From Squalus acanthias (taxonomy: Eukaryota), in contig CM059431.1 in NCBI GenBank assembly GCA_030390025.1, positions 157,358,001 to 157,422,000 on the forward strand: 64,000 nucleotides of DNA. Reading direction: 5' to 3'. Below, in pieces: positions 61,595-64,000 of this stretch. The notes under the pieces are model-generated. The model was given only the letters and a program-made list of their open reading frames with translations, was not told where the DNA came from and made no database searches. Made by a program: the position numbers and the translations under genes. Position 1 is the first letter of the stretch, and every line of letters starts with the position of its first letter.

Positions 61595-63735
61595 AACATA
61601 AGAACATCGGAAATTGGAGCAGGAGTAGGGCATTTCGCCCTTCGAGTCTACTCCGCCATCCAATAAGATCATGGCTGATCTTCTACCTCATCCCCACTTT
61701 CCTGCACTATCCCCATATCCTTTGATTCCCCTAATATTCAAAAATATATCTGTTGAATATCCTCAAACATTGAGCCTCCACTGCCCTCTGGGGTCGAGAA
61801 TTCCAAAGATTCATCACCCTCTGAGTGAAGAAATTTCTCCTCATCTCAGTCCTAAATGGCCGACCCATTATTCTGAAACTGTGACCTCTCGTTCTAGACT
61901 CCCCAGCCAGGGAAAACATCCTCCCTGCATGTACATTGTCAAGCCCTGTCAGAATTGTGTATGTTTGAATGAGATCACATTTCATTCTTCTAATCTCTAG
62001 AGAATATAGATAAATCTAGTATACTAAATTTCTCCTCATACGACAAACCCCCCATCCCTGGAAACAGTCTGGTGAGCCTTCGTTGCACTCCTTCTATGGC
62101 AAGTATATCCTTCCTTAGGGAAGGATGCCAAAGCTGTACACAACAACCCTGGTGTGGTCACAACAGGCCCTACATAATTGCAGTAAGACATCTTTACTCT
62201 TATACTCAAAACCGCTTGCAATAAAGGCCAAAATATGACTTGCTTTCCTAATTGCTTTCTCTACCAGCATGTTAACTTTCAGTGATTCGTTTACAAGGAC
62301 ACCCATGTGCCTCTGAACAGCAACATTTCCCAATCTCTAACTAATTAAAAAATACCCTGCTTTTCTATTTTTCCTACCAAAGTGAATAACTTCACATTGC
62401 TCCACATCATATTCCATTTGCCATGTTCTTGCAAAACTCACTTAGCTTGAATTCTCCTTGCATCCTCCTCGCAACTTACATTCCTACCCAGCTTTGTATC
62501 ATCAGCAAACTTGGATATGTTAAATTTGTTCCCCTCATCCAAATCATTGATGTAGATTGTGAAGAGCTGATCCTTGCGGTACCCCATAGTTAAAGGCTGC
62601 AAACCCGAAAAAGCCCCGTTTGTTCCTACTTTCTGTTTTCTGTCCATTAACTAATCCACAATCCATGCTCGTATATTACCCCAAATCCCATGAGACCTAA
62701 TTTAGTGTAATAAGCTCTTGTGTGGCACCTTATAGAATGCCTTCTGGAAATCCAAATACAACCCATCCACTGGTTCCCCCTGATCTATTCTGCTAGTTAC
62801 AACCTCAAAAATCTCTAACAGATTTGTCAAACATGATTTCCCGTTATAAATCCGTGCTGACTTGGCCCACTCCGACTATTATTTTCTAAGTGCCCTATTA
62901 CTGCGTCCTTAATTATAGATACTGTAACTTTCCCGACTACTGATGTCAGACTAACTGGCCTGTAGTTCTCCGTTTTGTCTCACCCTCCTATCTTAAATAG
63001 TATGGTTACATTTGCTGCCAAATAATCCGCAGGAACCTTTCCAGAATCTATGGAATTTTGGAAATGACAACCAATTCAGCCACTATCTCTACAGCCACGT
63101 TTTTCAATACAATAGGATGTAGGCCATCATGTACAGGGGATTCATTGGCTTTCAGTCCCATTAATTTCTCCAGTACTACTTTTTTACTAATACTAATTTC
63201 TTTCAGTTTATCATTCTCGCTTGCCCTTTGGTTCTCCACTATTTCCGGGAAGCTTTTGCTTCTTCTTCCGTGAAGACAGACACAAAGTATTTGTATAATT
63301 TATCTGTGATTTCCTTATTCCCCATTATAAATACTCCTGTCTCAGCCTGTAAGTGACCCACATTTATTTTCACTAATATTTTCCTTTTTACATAGCTATA
63401 GAATGTTTAACAGTCTGTTTTTATGGCAGTCTCTAGTTTATTCTCATGTTCTATTTTATTTTTCTTCATCAATTTTTTGGTCCTACTTTGATGAATTCTA
63501 CAAATGTCCCAACCCTCAGGCTTACAACCCTTTTTGGCAAAATTATATTCCTCTTCCTTTGATCTAATACTATCTTTAACTTCTCTTGTTGGCCACGGTT
63601 GGACCATTTTTTCTGTGGGGTTTTTGTACATTAAAGGAATGTATATTTGATGTAAATTATGTAATAATTCTTTAAATTCTAGCCATGGTATGTCTACCGT
63701 CGTACGTTTTGATGTCATTTCCTAATCTACCGTAG
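61595..63735 (-). mobile_element. Decayed CR1 LINE (ORF2 to 3' end)
   Basis: ORFs 61731, 62115, 62438 (ISKFADDTKLG), 63048 and 63407. Confidence 0.92.
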
Positions 63736-63769
63736 CCAACTCGCTCCTCATACCTTGCTTTGTTTAGAG

Positions 63770-64000
63770 TGGGTCAGGAAGGGTCAGAGAGTGTAACAAA
63801 GTTAATAGGGCATCAGCGACTAAGCTGAAAAAAGTCATGACGAAACCCACGATATCTGAATATGCGAAGCATTTGCAACAAAATACATGAATTAATAGCA
63901 CAGATAGAAATTAACAGGTTTAATCTAATAGCCATAACTGAGACGTTTTGCAAAGTGGCCAAGGTTGGGAACTAAATACTTGAGGATACATAACTTTTAG
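63770..64000 (+). mobile_element. Start of another CR1 endonuclease region (runs out of window)
   Basis: ctgaatatgcgaagcatttgcaacaaa (LNxRSIxNK-like) and atagccataactgagacg (IAITET). Confidence 0.7.

Overview
Vertebrate genomic DNA, almost certainly from a cartilaginous fish (shark or ray). This is judged from an HE1-type V-SINE, SacSINE1-type Deu-SINEs, dense CR1 LINEs and Penelope-like elements. Most of the window is nested transposon sequence: CR1 LINEs of several ages, a second CR1/L2-group LINE, three SINE types, a Penelope element with inverted ends, target-site duplication and hammerhead ribozymes, a Harbinger-type MITE family, and several satellites. Almost all ORFs in the track are TE fragments or antisense shadows. 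Between the repeats, the minus strand carries a decayed multi-exon host gene that the ORF track does not reveal. In transcription order it has an IgV-like exon (three dispersed paralogous copies), a B7-type IgC exon split by a LINE, a second Ig exon, a transmembrane exon with an intramembrane Arg, short cytoplasmic exons, and two phase-compatible exons encoding a CARD/death-fold-like domain resembling the N-terminus of chondrichthyan NLRs. The gene probably continues beyond position 1. This copy looks pseudogenised, but the implied Ig-TM-CARD(-NLR?) receptor architecture is the most interesting signal. All domain calls are by eye and need HMM or RNA-seq confirmation.
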